Assembly (NCBI GenBank): GCA_038884755.1
Contig: JAWABJ010000001.1
Span: forward strand, 352,001-416,000
Length of the DNA stretch: 64,000 nucleotides
DNA from: Candidatus Norongarragalinales archaeon
Lineage (GTDB): Archaea > Micrarchaeota > Micrarchaeia > Norongarragalinales > Norongarragalinaceae
Direction: 5' to 3'
In this document: positions 17,988-28,176 of the stretch, one piece after another
Numbering within the stretch: the first letter of the stretch is position 1
How the letters are laid out: every line of letters begins with the position of its first letter
The notes under the pieces: model-generated
Seen by the model: the letters and a program-made list of their open reading frames with translations, nothing else
The model's database searches: none
Told to the model about the DNA's origin: nothing
Program-made: the position numbers and the translations under genes

Positions 17988-18995
17988 CTATTTGAGCATG
18001 AGCTCGGTGCATTCGACCATGCGCATGCTGAAGCCCCACTCGTTGTCGTACCACGCGAACGTAGAGGAAAGGTTGTCGATGCACTTGGTCAGTTGCGAGT
18101 CGAAAATGCTCGAGTAAGGATTGCCGACTATGTCGCTTGAAACTATCGGGTCTGTTGCATATTGCAGTATGCCTTTCATCTTCCCTTTCTTTCCGTCCGC
18201 GTAGTCCTTGACTACCGCGTTAAGCTCGTCTTTGCTTGCAGGGCGGGAAAGCGTAGCGACGACGTTGTTTATGCTCCCGTCTGGAATGGGAACGCGCAAC
18301 GCGATGCCGTCCATTTTCCCTTTCAGCGAAGGGATGACTTCGCCTATCGCCTTGGCTGCGCCAGTTGAAGTGGGAATGATGTTTGTTGCGGCATTGCGGG
18401 CGCGGCGCAAGTCTTTGTGCGGCAAGTCGAGCAGCTTCTGGTCGTTGGTATACGCGTGACACGTGGTCATGAAGCCTTTTTCAATTCCAAACTCTTTTTC
18501 TAGGATAAATGCGATGGGTGCAAGGCAGTTGGTGGTGCAGGAAGCCATTGAGACTATGTTGTGCTTCGCCTTGTCGTAAGAATCGTGGTTTACGCCCAAC
18601 ACTATGGTAGCTTCGCAAGTGCCGGGTGCGCTTACTAAAACTTTTTTCGCGCCGGCTTGCAAGTGCCCTTCGGCGCCGCCTTTGGCATATTTTCCCGTGC
18701 TTTCTATCACCAAATCTACGCCCAAGTCTTTCCAAGGCAGTTTGTAAGGTTCTGCTTCGCTTAAAACCTGCAGTTCCATTCCGCCAGCGAAAATCATTTT
18801 TTCCGAGCCAGTGACGTTTTCGGTCATTATTCCATGCACGGAATCGTATTTCAGCAGGTGGGCGAGCGTTGCCGAGTCGCTCAAGTCGTTGATTGCTGTT
18901 ACCTGGTGGTTTTTGAGGAAAGTAGGGTGCTTGAACGCGGCGCGCAGGAAAAGCCTTCCAATGCGCCCGAAACCGTTGATTGCTATGCGCTTCAT
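17988..18995 (-). CDS. gap: Glyceraldehyde-3-phosphate dehydrogenase, type I (bacterial-like)
   Basis: IAINGFGRIGR, YDSVHG, ASCTTNCLAP, HAYTNDQ, WYDNEWG. Confidence 0.97.
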   Translation of the reverse strand: MKRIAINGFGRIGRLFLRAAFKHPTFLKNHQVTAINDLSDSATLAHLLKYDSVHGIMTENVTGSEKMIFAGGMELQVLSEAEPYKLPWKDLGVDLVIESTGKYAKGGAEGHLQAGAKKVLVSAPGTCEATIVLGVNHDSYDKAKHNIVSMASCTTNCLAPIAFILEKEFGIEKGFMTTCHAYTNDQKLLDLPHKDLRRARNAATNIIPTSTGAAKAIGEVIPSLKGKMDGIALRVPIPDGSINNVVATLSRPASKDELNAVVKDYADGKKGKMKGILQYATDPIVSSDIVGNPYSSIFDSQLTKCIDNLSSTFAWYDNEWGFSMRMVECTELMLK

Positions 18996-19068
18996 GTTGT
19001 CCCACCTTGCAAAAGTCAAAACTGGTTCGTGAGTATAAGAGGGAAAAAAGCTTTTAAAAATAGGTTTT

Positions 19069-20091
19069 TCAGCCTATCACGCTTTTTCCTCCCAGCAGGA
19101 GGAAGTCGAACTGGATTACCAGGAAAATGAGGTAGAGAAAAAGCAGAGCGAGGCCTTCGGCTTTCGTGAGGCTTTTTTTCGTGAACGTGAAGAAAAAGAC
19201 TAGTATGAACGAGATGAACATGAACGCGTATCCGACAAGCGCTTGGCCGAATTCCACCGTAACTCCGCTCGCGCCTGTGAACAGCGCAGCTATTCCCAAA
19301 ACCAGCGTTAATTCAGTGATAAACCCGCCGATGATGTCGCCCCAAATCACTTCTTCTTCCCTGGCGCGCAAGGCAGTTATTTCGATCGCAAGTTGGGGGA
19401 GGGTTACGCCTAGCGCGATTAGGCTGAAGCCGAGGAGTATGGGTGGGATGCCGGCTTGTTCGGAAAAAATTTCGGCGTTCTGCACCACGAACTCGGCGGT
19501 CAGGATGAGAACGCCCAGGAAAACCATGAGCTTGAGGAATTCTATTCCCAGCGCGCCTTTCTGCCGGTAGAACGTCGGCTGCAAGGGTTGCTCGCTCAAC
19601 TCAAGTTCGAGTTGTATTCCCGAGTCTTTTCCCTTCCACACCTCGCGTTCCTGCGTGTAGATAATGTACGCGTACATCAAATACACGATTATCAGCAGGA
19701 GCCCGTCAATGTAGGAAAGCCTGCTGTCCACGAGCAGAAACAGGGGGATCATCAGCACGAAGAAAATCCACCCGAAATTCTCGAGCACTGTCCTTTCCCT
19801 TACCCTGAAATCGCCTTTGATAAGCGCGACTATGCCCAGCATTATCGTTAGCACAATGATGTTCGAGCCTATCACCATTCCTAACACCATCTGCATCTGG
19901 CCTTCTGATGCTGAGACCGCTCCGACTATCATGTCGGGGAGCGAAGTGCCGAGCCCTAGAATGAGGAAGGCGAGGAAAAACTTGGGGACTTGGAAAAGCA
20001 GTGAAATGCTGTTGAGGATTCGCACTACCTTGTCCGAAGCGTAGGCTATGACCAACAACCCTGCAACGATGAAAAGAAATTCCTGGAGCAT
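19069..20091 (-). CDS. Ca2+/cation antiporter (CaCA/YrbG-like) with divergent alpha repeats
   Basis: GTSLPD...GSNI (alpha-1), GVTLPQ...GGFI (alpha-2), 10 TM. Confidence 0.8.
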   Translation of the reverse strand: MLQEFLFIVAGLLVIAYASDKVVRILNSISLLFQVPKFFLAFLILGLGTSLPDMIVGAVSASEGQMQMVLGMVIGSNIIVLTIMLGIVALIKGDFRVRERTVLENFGWIFFVLMIPLFLLVDSRLSYIDGLLLIIVYLMYAYIIYTQEREVWKGKDSGIQLELELSEQPLQPTFYRQKGALGIEFLKLMVFLGVLILTAEFVVQNAEIFSEQAGIPPILLGFSLIALGVTLPQLAIEITALRAREEEVIWGDIIGGFITELTLVLGIAALFTGASGVTVEFGQALVGYAFMFISFILVFFFTFTKKSLTKAEGLALLFLYLIFLVIQFDFLLLGGKSVIG

Positions 20092-20161
20092 TTGCCAATC
20101 CTCGTTCCGAGTGTTAAAACAAGTGCGAGTGAATTAAAAAACCAATTGCGTTTTGTTTTAC

Positions 20162-22843
20162 ATGGCGGTGTTGAAGGATTTCCACGCTTTGAGCTCTAAA
20201 AGCGCTTTGAAAGAGTTGGATTCGGGAGAACGGGGCTTGACTGAAAGCGAGGCGGAGGAAAGGCTTTCGCAATACGGGCCGAACGAGCTCAAGGAGAAGA
20301 AGGGAAAGCACCCGATTTTCATTTTCCTCGAGCAGTTTTCCAACATCCTGGTTTTGCTTTTGATGGGCGCCGCAGGGGTTTCGTGGGCTTTGGGCGAGGT
20401 GCTCGACGCCGCGGCGATAATGGCTATAGTCGTTTTGAACGCAGTGTTCGGGTTCGTGCAGGAGTATCGTGCCGAGCAGGCCATTGCGGCGTTGAAAAAA
20501 CTCGTTTCGCCGAAAGCGCGGGTGCTGCGCGGAGGGAGAGAAGTTTTGGTTGAATCCAAGCTGCTCGTTCCGGGTGACGTTGTGGTTTTGGAAGCGGGAG
20601 ACAGGATTCCGGCAGACTGCAGGCTGCTTGAGTCGATAGAATTGGAGTGCGAGGAAAGCGCTTTGACTGGAGAAAGCCTTCCGGTGCGCAAGAACGCCGG
20701 AACCACGCTTTCGGAAAAAACGCCTGTCGCAGACCGGGAAAACATGGTTTTCATGGGAACGGCCGTGACAAAAGGAAGGGCTAAAGCGCTAGTGTGTTCG
20801 ACTGGAATGAACACGCAAGTGGGGAAAATCGCAACGCTTGTCGAGCAGACCGAGACCGAGGAAACCCCGCTGCAAAAACGATTGGAAATACTGGGAAAGC
20901 AGTTGGGAATAGCTTCGCTCGCCGCAGTCGCCATAGTGTTTTTTTCGGGCGTTGCTTTAAGCGGCGAAAGCGTTTTTGGAATGTTTTTGATTGCGGTGAC
21001 GCTTGCAGTAGCCGCGATTCCCGAAGGGCTGCCTGCGATTGTTACAGTCACTATGGCTGTTGGAGTGCAGCGAATGGCCAAGCGCAACGCGATAATACGC
21101 AAGCTTCCGGCTGTTGAAACGCTTGGCGCCGCGACCGTGATTTGCTCTGATAAGACTGGCACTCTGACGAAAAGCGAAATGACCGTGCGCGAGGTTTACG
21201 CGAACGGCAGGAATTACGGTGTTGCGGGAAGCGGTTACGCCTTGAAAGGCGAGTTTTTCGACGGGAAGGGTAGGAAAATAGACGCTTTGAAAGAGATGGA
21301 AAAGCTTTTGCTTGCGGGAGTGTACTGCAACAATTCGAGCCTCGCCGAAGAAGCGGGAGGGGCGAACGCTAAAGTTGCGGGCGACCCGACCGAAGCTTCG
21401 CTCTTGGTTTTGGCGCGCAAGGCCGGTTTGGACGAGGAGGAACTGAAGGAAAAATCGGAGTTCATCCACGAAATTCCTTTTTCTTCCGAAAGAAAAATGA
21501 TGAGCGTGGCAAGAAAGCACGGCGGAAAAAGCTTGGTGTTCGTGAAAGGCGCGCCAGAAGTCGTGGTCCAAAAATGCACGCACGTCTTGAAGGGCGGCAA
21601 GGAATCCAAGCTTGCGCTCAAGGAAAAGCAAGAGGTTTTGGCGCAAAACAAGCGCATGGCGTTGAAGGCGCTGCGCGTGCTTGCGCTGGCGTTCAGGAAG
21701 TTCGAAGGGAAGGGCGAAAGGCAGATGGAGTCGGACTTGGTCTTCCTGGGTTTGGTGGGAATGATGGACCCGCCCAGGCCCGAAGCCAAGCGTGCGGTGG
21801 AAGCGTGCAAGGCTGCGGGCATTCGCGTGGTAATGATTACGGGCGACAACAAGGAAACTGCGCTGGCGGTAGGAAGGGAATTGGGGGTTGTAGAGAAAGA
21901 TTCGCTCGTGCTGGTGGGAAGCGAACTGGACGAAACTACCGACGAAGAGCTTGCCGAGATAGCGAAGAAAGCGGCGGTTTACGCGCGTGTTTCGCCAGAG
22001 CACAAGCTGCGCATCGTAAAAGCCATCAAGGCGGACGGAAGGCAGGTTGTCGCCATGACCGGCGATGGCGTGAACGACGCGCCCGCGATAAAAAAGGCGG
22101 ACATTGGTGTGGGAATGGGTTTGACTGGAACCGACGTCACGAAGGAAGCGAGTGCAATGGTGATTACGGACGACAACTTCGCGTCCATAGTGAACGCGAT
22201 AGAAGAAGGGCGCATTGTTTTCGACAACATTTCCAAGAGCGTGCGTTATTTGATAAGCTGCAACATCGGGGAGTTGCTTGCCGTGTTTACGGCAGTCATA
22301 ATGGGATTGAAAAGCCCGTTGGAGCCTCTGCAGATTCTTTGGATGAACTTGGCGACGGACGGGCTGCCTGCGCTGGCTTTGGGCGTCGACCCGGAAGAGC
22401 CGGGGGTCATGGAGCGCAAGCCAAGGGACCCGAGCGAGAACATAATAAACCGCAAGAGCATCGTTCAAATCCTTGAAATCGGCGTTTTCATGGCTGTGGC
22501 CACGGTGGGAATATTCTGGCTGTACCACGACGTGCACGGCATCGAATACGCGCGGAGCATGGCTTTCACGACGCTGGTTTTCATTCAAATAGCGTTTTCG
22601 TTCAGCGTCCGTTCGAAAGAGCACGCGCTTTGGGAGAACGGGCCGTTTTCCAACAAGACGCTCATCGCGGCGGCTTTGGTTGCGGTGGCGCTGCAAATCG
22701 CTATTTTGTACACGCCGTTTTTCGAAGGGATTTTCAGCACCAAGCCCCTGTTGTTGAACGACCTGGCGGTCGCATTGGGAATGGCTTCGCTAGGGTTTAT
22801 TATTCCCGAAGTGTCAAAAATAATCCGAAGGAAAAAAGCGTGA
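20162..22843 (+). CDS. P2A-type Ca2+-translocating P-type ATPase
   Basis: [48 protein letters not shown]. Confidence 0.95.
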   Translation: MAVLKDFHALSSKSALKELDSGERGLTESEAEERLSQYGPNELKEKKGKHPIFIFLEQFSNILVLLLMGAAGVSWALGEVLDAAAIMAIVVLNAVFGFVQEYRAEQAIAALKKLVSPKARVLRGGREVLVESKLLVPGDVVVLEAGDRIPADCRLLESIELECEESALTGESLPVRKNAGTTLSEKTPVADRENMVFMGTAVTKGRAKALVCSTGMNTQVGKIATLVEQTETEETPLQKRLEILGKQLGIASLAAVAIVFFSGVALSGESVFGMFLIAVTLAVAAIPEGLPAIVTVTMAVGVQRMAKRNAIIRKLPAVETLGAATVICSDKTGTLTKSEMTVREVYANGRNYGVAGSGYALKGEFFDGKGRKIDALKEMEKLLLAGVYCNNSSLAEEAGGANAKVAGDPTEASLLVLARKAGLDEEELKEKSEFIHEIPFSSERKMMSVARKHGGKSLVFVKGAPEVVVQKCTHVLKGGKESKLALKEKQEVLAQNKRMALKALRVLALAFRKFEGKGERQMESDLVFLGLVGMMDPPRPEAKRAVEACKAAGIRVVMITGDNKETALAVGRELGVVEKDSLVLVGSELDETTDEELAEIAKKAAVYARVSPEHKLRIVKAIKADGRQVVAMTGDGVNDAPAIKKADIGVGMGLTGTDVTKEASAMVITDDNFASIVNAIEEGRIVFDNISKSVRYLISCNIGELLAVFTAVIMGLKSPLEPLQILWMNLATDGLPALALGVDPEEPGVMERKPRDPSENIINRKSIVQILEIGVFMAVATVGIFWLYHDVHGIEYARSMAFTTLVFIQIAFSFSVRSKEHALWENGPFSNKTLIAAALVAVALQIAILYTPFFEGIFSTKPLLLNDLAVALGMASLGFIIPEVSKIIRRKKA

Positions 22844-22858
22844 GGGTGGAAGCCGGAA

Positions 22859-23305
22859 ATGAAGACCGTGAAGGAAGTGATGCGCAGCAACGTGCCCAGC
22901 GTAAGCCCAGACGACACGCTCAAGAAAGCCAGCCAAGTGATGAAAGAAAACAACATTGCAGGGGTTCCGGTCGTAGAAGACAGACAGGTAGTAGGCATTC
23001 TCACCGACGGCGACATGCTCAACGCTTTTTACTTGAACGTTTCCGCCTTCAGTTACGAGGAGAAGATGGAAGGCGGGTCGGAAGGGTACAACTTCAAAAA
23101 GCGGGTTGAGGAATTCAGGCAAACGCGCGTGGGTGAAATCATGACGCCGCACCCTCGCACGATAAACGAAAACGCCGGAATCGACGAGGCTGCCGGCATC
23201 ATCAAGCGGTTCAAGGTCAAGAGGCTCATAGTAGTGAACGACAAAGGCGAGCCCGTCGGGCTAGTCGAGCGCTTGAACGTGGTAAACAGCATTCTTTTGT
23301 CCTGA
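22859..23305 (+). CDS. CBS-pair domain protein
   Basis: VKEVM...VSPDDTL..A, PVV..VVGILTDGD, VGEIMT, LIVV...VGLV. Confidence 0.9.
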   Translation: MKTVKEVMRSNVPSVSPDDTLKKASQVMKENNIAGVPVVEDRQVVGILTDGDMLNAFYLNVSAFSYEEKMEGGSEGYNFKKRVEEFRQTRVGEIMTPHPRTINENAGIDEAAGIIKRFKVKRLIVVNDKGEPVGLVERLNVVNSILLS

Positions 23306-23383
23306 ATTCATGCAAAATCTTTTTTAAGCACGGCTTCCTGCAATCGAATTGTTTTTCAAAGCTTAATGAAAGAGGGGGGTTGC

Positions 23384-23530
23384 ATGGCAAATCCGTTAGT
23401 CAACGCTTTTACCGTCGCCGCCTTCGCGTTCACGCTTTTTGGGGTCATCAAGCCCGCGGATTTCATGCTCGTGGTGCTCATGAGCATGATCGTCACTCGC
23501 GCCGCGCCCACTTTCCACAAGAAGCACTGA
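23384..23530 (+). CDS. 48-aa two-helix membrane micro-protein (not in ORF track)
   Basis: MANPLVNAFTVAAFAFTLFGVIKPADFMLVVLMSMIVTRAAPTFHKKH*; GAGGGGGGT SD. Confidence 0.6.
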   Translation: MANPLVNAFTVAAFAFTLFGVIKPADFMLVVLMSMIVTRAAPTFHKKH

Positions 23531-23623
23531 AACGCCCTTCCCACGCCCGCGTCCAGCATGGTTTAAATTCCAGCTTTTGCAGGGTTTAGTTTTGTGAGCG
23601 GTTGAGTCTAACGGTGCTGGAAA

Positions 23624-23767
23624 ATGGATTCTGTTTTGAACGGCTTCGTGTTCATAATAGTGGTAATGTTGTTCGCGGACTTGCTTCCGGTATGGGAAAC
23701 TGCCTTGGTTCTCTTCGTTTCCTACTTTCTTTTCCAGCAGCTTGACGCGATTTCGGCTCCGTTCTGA
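23624..23767 (+). CDS. 47-aa two-helix membrane micro-protein, probable paralog of 23384..23530 (not in ORF track)
   Basis: MDSVLNGFVFIIVVMLFADLLPVWETALVLFVSYFLFQQLDAISAPF*; TTTAAA box upstream; T-tracts downstream. Confidence 0.55.
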   Translation: MDSVLNGFVFIIVVMLFADLLPVWETALVLFVSYFLFQQLDAISAPF

Positions 23768-23793
23768 ATTCCCTTTTTTTCCCCGCTTTTTTC

Positions 23794-24888
23794 CTACAAG
23801 ACGAATTCCACGCCGCCTGTTTTCACGAGACGCTTGGCGTCCTGGATGCCGTCGTTCAAGTTTTTCATGAAAACCGTCATTTTCCCGCACGCTATTTCCT
23901 TCAGCTCGCCGCTCGTCATCCTGCCGTTCTTGTAAGAATCGTAAATCTCTTGAAGCTCGCCGTCGTCCTCGATCAAGTGTTGTTTCAGCAATTCGAAAAC
24001 CATGTCTTTCTCGACAACCGCGCCCAAACGCCTTTGCTCTTCGAGCGTGTCCCGCCCTCCGGTCAAAGCGCGCTTTATTTTCGCGCAAGCGCTTTTAGGG
24101 TCTTCAGGTAGTTCGATAGACCCTTCTGGAAAACTTTTGCTCATTTTTAGCCTGCCGTCGAGCGAAGGAGTGTACTTATGGTATAACGACGAAATTTGCG
24201 TGAATTTGTGCGTCGACTGCGTGCGGGAAACGAAGTCGCGCGTCAGGCGAATGTGCGGCTCTTGGTCAATGCCGACCGGAATTATTCCCGGCATTCGGTC
24301 TTTAAACTGCGGGTAGAGAATGTCGCCTATTTGCGTTACCGCGCTCATTATTCGCCCAGGTTCAGTGGAACCGTAAGTAGCGCGGAATTCGTTGTAAGTG
24401 ATTTTCTGTGCTGCCTCGAAAGCGATGCGCATGACGTCGCGGTTGTCGCTCTGGAAGTACAAAAGCGTCTTGCGCGGGTCTAATCCGAGCGCTATGTAAG
24501 CCGGAATGTGGAATTCCAACGCCCTTTTCCTCGCTTCAGCCAGGGGAATGCCGCGCACTGCCGCGGCTTCCAAGTCCGCGACGCAAATCACTGTTTTCGC
24601 CCCGTGTTTTTGGAAGTACGCGAGGTTTTCAATCACCATCTTGTTTCCAAAGTGAATGCGCTCGCTCGTGGGCATTATCCCGCTCAAAGCGTAGAATTTC
24701 TTTCGCATTTTAATGCAATCGCTTATGCGCTTCAAGTCGCGGCCTGCGAACGCTATGCCTCGGCGCATGAGCCGGTTGGGGTTGGGAAAGTCTTTCACGC
24801 TGAAAGCTTCGAGACCGAAGTCCTGCACTATTTTCGAATAGTCTTCGGGCAAGGCGCTTCCCCAAGGGTCGATAATCTTCTCGGTCAT
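23794..24888 (-). CDS. trpS: Tryptophan--tRNA ligase (archaeal type)
   Basis: IDPWG, SGIMPT...HFGN (HIGH), PVGIDQEPH, KMSKS, TGGR. Confidence 0.93.
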   Translation of the reverse strand: MTEKIIDPWGSALPEDYSKIVQDFGLEAFSVKDFPNPNRLMRRGIAFAGRDLKRISDCIKMRKKFYALSGIMPTSERIHFGNKMVIENLAYFQKHGAKTVICVADLEAAAVRGIPLAEARKRALEFHIPAYIALGLDPRKTLLYFQSDNRDVMRIAFEAAQKITYNEFRATYGSTEPGRIMSAVTQIGDILYPQFKDRMPGIIPVGIDQEPHIRLTRDFVSRTQSTHKFTQISSLYHKYTPSLDGRLKMSKSFPEGSIELPEDPKSACAKIKRALTGGRDTLEEQRRLGAVVEKDMVFELLKQHLIEDDGELQEIYDSYKNGRMTSGELKEIACGKMTVFMKNLNDGIQDAKRLVKTGGVEFVL

Positions 24889-24958
24889 TCGAAAAACCTT
24901 TTCTAGCAATTAAACGCAATTCAATAAAAATACCCTCGCCCCACTATTATTTTGTTGT

Positions 24959-25099
24959 GCCGGAGTGGCAGAGCGGTTATTGCGCTAGTCTCGAAGTCAG
25001 GCTTTTCTTTTGCGAAAAGAAAAGCCCGACGCGGCAAAAGAAAACCGTACGAAAACTAGTGTCCGCAAGGACTCGGGAGTTCGAATCTCTCCTCCGGCG
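24959..25099 (+). tRNA. tRNA-Ser(CGA) with 58-nt intron at 37/38 (24996..25053)
   Basis: GCCGGAG/CTCCGGC acceptor, CTAGT-CT-CGA-A|intron|A-ACTAG, long variable arm GTCCGCAAGGAC, GTTCGAATC, G73. Confidence 0.92.
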
Positions 25100-25118
25100 C
25101 TCTTTATAGAGTGGTGAA

Positions 25119-25550
25119 ATGAAAGTCGTGAAGGCGGTCAAGGCGCTTATTACAAACGGCGAGGGAAAAATCCTTTTCATGAAGGAAAAAACGCCTTCTG
25201 GAAGGGAGTATTACGGCTTTCCGGGCGGCAGGCTGGAAGGAAACGAGACCGAAGAGCAAGCGTTGAGGCGGGAAGTGAGGGAGGAAACAGGGCTGGGCGT
25301 AAGCAAAGCGAGCGCCGTCGGCGGTTATTCTTTCGTCATGGAAAACGGAACGCGCGTCGAATGCACTGTTTTCGAGTGCGAGGTTGAAAACCCCGAAAGC
25401 ATGCGCTTGGACTTTCAAGACGCGGCGCAAGAAGAGATAACTTCGTTCCGCTGGCTTTCGCCGGAAGAGTTTTTTTCCGAGAAACTGCCGGGCGCAAGCG
25501 AAGGTTTCAGCCGTTTTCTGCAATCGCTGCAAACCAAAAGAATTTTATAG
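25119..25550 (+). CDS. NUDIX hydrolase
   Basis: PGGRLEGNETEEQALRREVREETG Nudix box. Confidence 0.9.
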   Translation: MKVVKAVKALITNGEGKILFMKEKTPSGREYYGFPGGRLEGNETEEQALRREVREETGLGVSKASAVGGYSFVMENGTRVECTVFECEVENPESMRLDFQDAAQEEITSFRWLSPEEFFSEKLPGASEGFSRFLQSLQTKRIL

Positions 25551-25614
25551 CATGCAAAAGTGCTGAATAAACGGTTTTGCGATTTTTTGAACCGCAAGAG
25601 GGGAACGTTGCCGA

Positions 25615-28176
25615 ATGGGGTCTGACTCTGGAATTCTTTTTTGGGGCTTTCTGGCAGCGGTGCTGCTCGCCCAAACGGCTTCAGCCTTTGACGTGGTCGA
25701 CGCGACGCCAGGATTCAATTTCACCATAGGGAGCATAACCCAGAATTACACTCTGACGCTTACGATAACCAACAACACTCCAGTCAACGCTTCCAACTTT
25801 ACCGTAGTCCGCTTTTTCCTGCCTTACGGGATAGTCAATTCGACCGCATGCAACGCTACTGGCACTAACGGCCTGTTTTACGGAGTCAATGCGACGTACA
25901 GCGCTTGCGCCGTCAACGTCACCAACGCAGGAGGCACGCCGTTCAACGTTTCAATGCTCGTAAGGCTCAACATTTCCGCGTTTTCAGGGGCAGGGCAAGT
26001 GATTCCGCGCAGGCCTTCGCATGGAGATTTGGGTCCGGTCTTGACTTTCATGAACGCGACTTGTGCCGTAGGCTGCGGAAACGGAAACGTCACGCAAAAC
26101 GCCGTGGCAAGGTACGGCAACCACTCGAACGTCAACCCCCGCCCGTACTTCGTAAACCAAACCGGAACTTACCTGAACAACGTTTCCGTCAGCGCTTGGA
26201 ACCAAACCGACCCCATTTACTCCATCCAACTGCCCATAATGACTTTCAACGCAACAAGCATGAGGCCGGAGTACACGAACGACTCTTTCGGAGTGGCGAT
26301 GTACTTCGACAAGGACGGGCAGATGATGATGCCCACATTCATGCGCTTGTATTCTTACACTCTCAACTTCACTTTCTTGGACGTTGCGAACGGAAGCAAC
26401 TTCACCCTCTACAATCCTGTCAACACTTCCAGCGAAACGAACGGGGCGACTTGCAACATGCAGAACGGAGACTGTCCTGCCGAGTCGATGATGCCGCTTT
26501 TGACGAGGACCGAAGTGTTTTTCGACCCAATAACGCAAACCAACACTAGCTTCACCATGTCCACCCCCTCGCCCAGCGGGTACGACTTGTACGTCAACGG
26601 CACCATCCGCACCATAAACTTCAGCAGCGCCAACGAAACGGGCTACTGGGGCATAAACGCGTCGTTCCAGCCCGGCATGATGCAAAACGCCCAGGGAATT
26701 TTCAGGATAAACGTCACGGACGCGGCGATTGCGCAGAGCACCACTTACGGCTTGTACTTCACGATAACCAACCAGACCGACGTTGGAGGAGGGTCGCTGA
26801 TTCCCACTTCGCCCGTTTACATCGTAAACCAAAGCATTTCCGGCTGGGACCCGACTTCGCCCCCGCCGTTCGGACAAAACCTCACCATCAGCTACATCGG
26901 CTGGCTGAGGAACGGGCTGAAAAACTGGACTTTTTACAACGCCAGCCTCCGCTACTTCATTCCCACGAACGCCACGCCGAGAAGCCCGACCAACGACACT
27001 GACTTCCAAACGTGCACTTACGACGGCGGCGGGACTAGCACGAATTGTACAATCAACATGACGCGCAACATGAACTTTTCCTGGACTACGCAAGGCAGGA
27101 GCGGATGGGATACTGCGGGCGTGTCGACAAACAACAGCTGCTTGACTTTCAACGACGACAGGCCGGGCGAGCAGGATGGCGGCAACGTCACCGTGTGCTT
27201 CCGTTCTTACGAGCTCAACATAATCAACACCACGTTCAACTCGTGGAACCCCAACAGCACGGCAACCAGCATAGTGGGCGTGAACTTCACTGCCGACATT
27301 TCGTTCCCGGTAATGGATGAGACCAACGTGCCCAGCGGCACTGCCGGCGCTGAAAACAGCTACAACATCACGTTCCAAACTTCGATGCAGACGAACTTGA
27401 ATTTGACAGACAAAGTTCCGAACATTGCAAACGCCGGCTGTTCAGGCACCACAATAACCATAGACGGCTCGGCGCTCACTTGCGGAACCAACTACACTAT
27501 CGGAAGCTTGACTTTGAACAGCGTTTCGCAAGGAAGCCACACTATCAGCGTTTCCTACACGCCTTCGGCGAGCAGCGGCTCCGGCAGCAGTTCGGGAGGA
27601 GGCAGCGGAGGGCCAGGTTGTGGAGAAGGAGGGTGCGGAAGGAGCACTGCAACGCCCACTCCAGTCCCGACGCCCACTGCAACCCCGCCTGCGACTGAAA
27701 AGAAAATAATAAACTCGCAAACCGGCGTGGTCGCCACGTTCGGTTCGAAAGGCGCTACGTTCGAATTGTCTTACGAAGCCGATGAAAACGGGTTTTACGG
27801 CGACTTGACCTGGCGCCTGCCTTTCGACTACTCGCAATACGCGTTGGGCTTGGTGCGCATTACTCCCCAGCCCAAGCGCGTGCTGAAGGGAAGCGTAATC
27901 GCAACTTGGGAGAACGTCGAGTTGAGCCCCGGCGAAGCGTTCAAAGCCAGCGTAAGCGTGTCGAAAGAACTGGAGAGAAGCATTCTTGAAGAGTTTTCCG
28001 CGCCTTCGCTGAACGCGAAAGCAAAGCCGACCGCGTCGGTTGAAACGCCGTCGTCCACTCCAGCGCCTTCGAGAAGCGCGCTGCAGCCGGACTACACGCT
28101 CATTCTAGTGCTCATAGCAATCGCGCTCGTCGTAGCGTATTACTTGGGCGTAGTGCGCAAGAGAAAAGGGCTTTAA
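25615..28176 (+). CDS. Large surface glycoprotein (S-layer/adhesin-like)
   Basis: Signal peptide, >40 N-x-S/T sequons by manual count, Ser/Gly linker, PT repeat, C-terminal TM + RKRK. Confidence 0.8.
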   Translation: MGSDSGILFWGFLAAVLLAQTASAFDVVDATPGFNFTIGSITQNYTLTLTITNNTPVNASNFTVVRFFLPYGIVNSTACNATGTNGLFYGVNATYSACAVNVTNAGGTPFNVSMLVRLNISAFSGAGQVIPRRPSHGDLGPVLTFMNATCAVGCGNGNVTQNAVARYGNHSNVNPRPYFVNQTGTYLNNVSVSAWNQTDPIYSIQLPIMTFNATSMRPEYTNDSFGVAMYFDKDGQMMMPTFMRLYSYTLNFTFLDVANGSNFTLYNPVNTSSETNGATCNMQNGDCPAESMMPLLTRTEVFFDPITQTNTSFTMSTPSPSGYDLYVNGTIRTINFSSANETGYWGINASFQPGMMQNAQGIFRINVTDAAIAQSTTYGLYFTITNQTDVGGGSLIPTSPVYIVNQSISGWDPTSPPPFGQNLTISYIGWLRNGLKNWTFYNASLRYFIPTNATPRSPTNDTDFQTCTYDGGGTSTNCTINMTRNMNFSWTTQGRSGWDTAGVSTNNSCLTFNDDRPGEQDGGNVTVCFRSYELNIINTTFNSWNPNSTATSIVGVNFTADISFPVMDETNVPSGTAGAENSYNITFQTSMQTNLNLTDKVPNIANAGCSGTTITIDGSALTCGTNYTIGSLTLNSVSQGSHTISVSYTPSASSGSGSSSGGGSGGPGCGEGGCGRSTATPTPVPTPTATPPATEKKIINSQTGVVATFGSKGATFELSYEADENGFYGDLTWRLPFDYSQYALGLVRITPQPKRVLKGSVIATWENVELSPGEAFKASVSVSKELERSILEEFSAPSLNAKAKPTASVETPSSTPAPSRSALQPDYTLILVLIAIALVVAYYLGVVRKRKGL

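Noticed and set aside
17709..17990. Read-through extension of GAPDH (downstream frame is in register with its TAG)
   Set aside because: GAPDH ends at its normal length, a TAA follows 25 codons later, and in-frame register has a one-in-three chance.
20957..22696. 579-aa minus-strand ORF and similar long ORFs (25984..27378, 38019..39422, 54906..55955)
   Set aside because: Antisense shadows of well-supported genes; no motifs.
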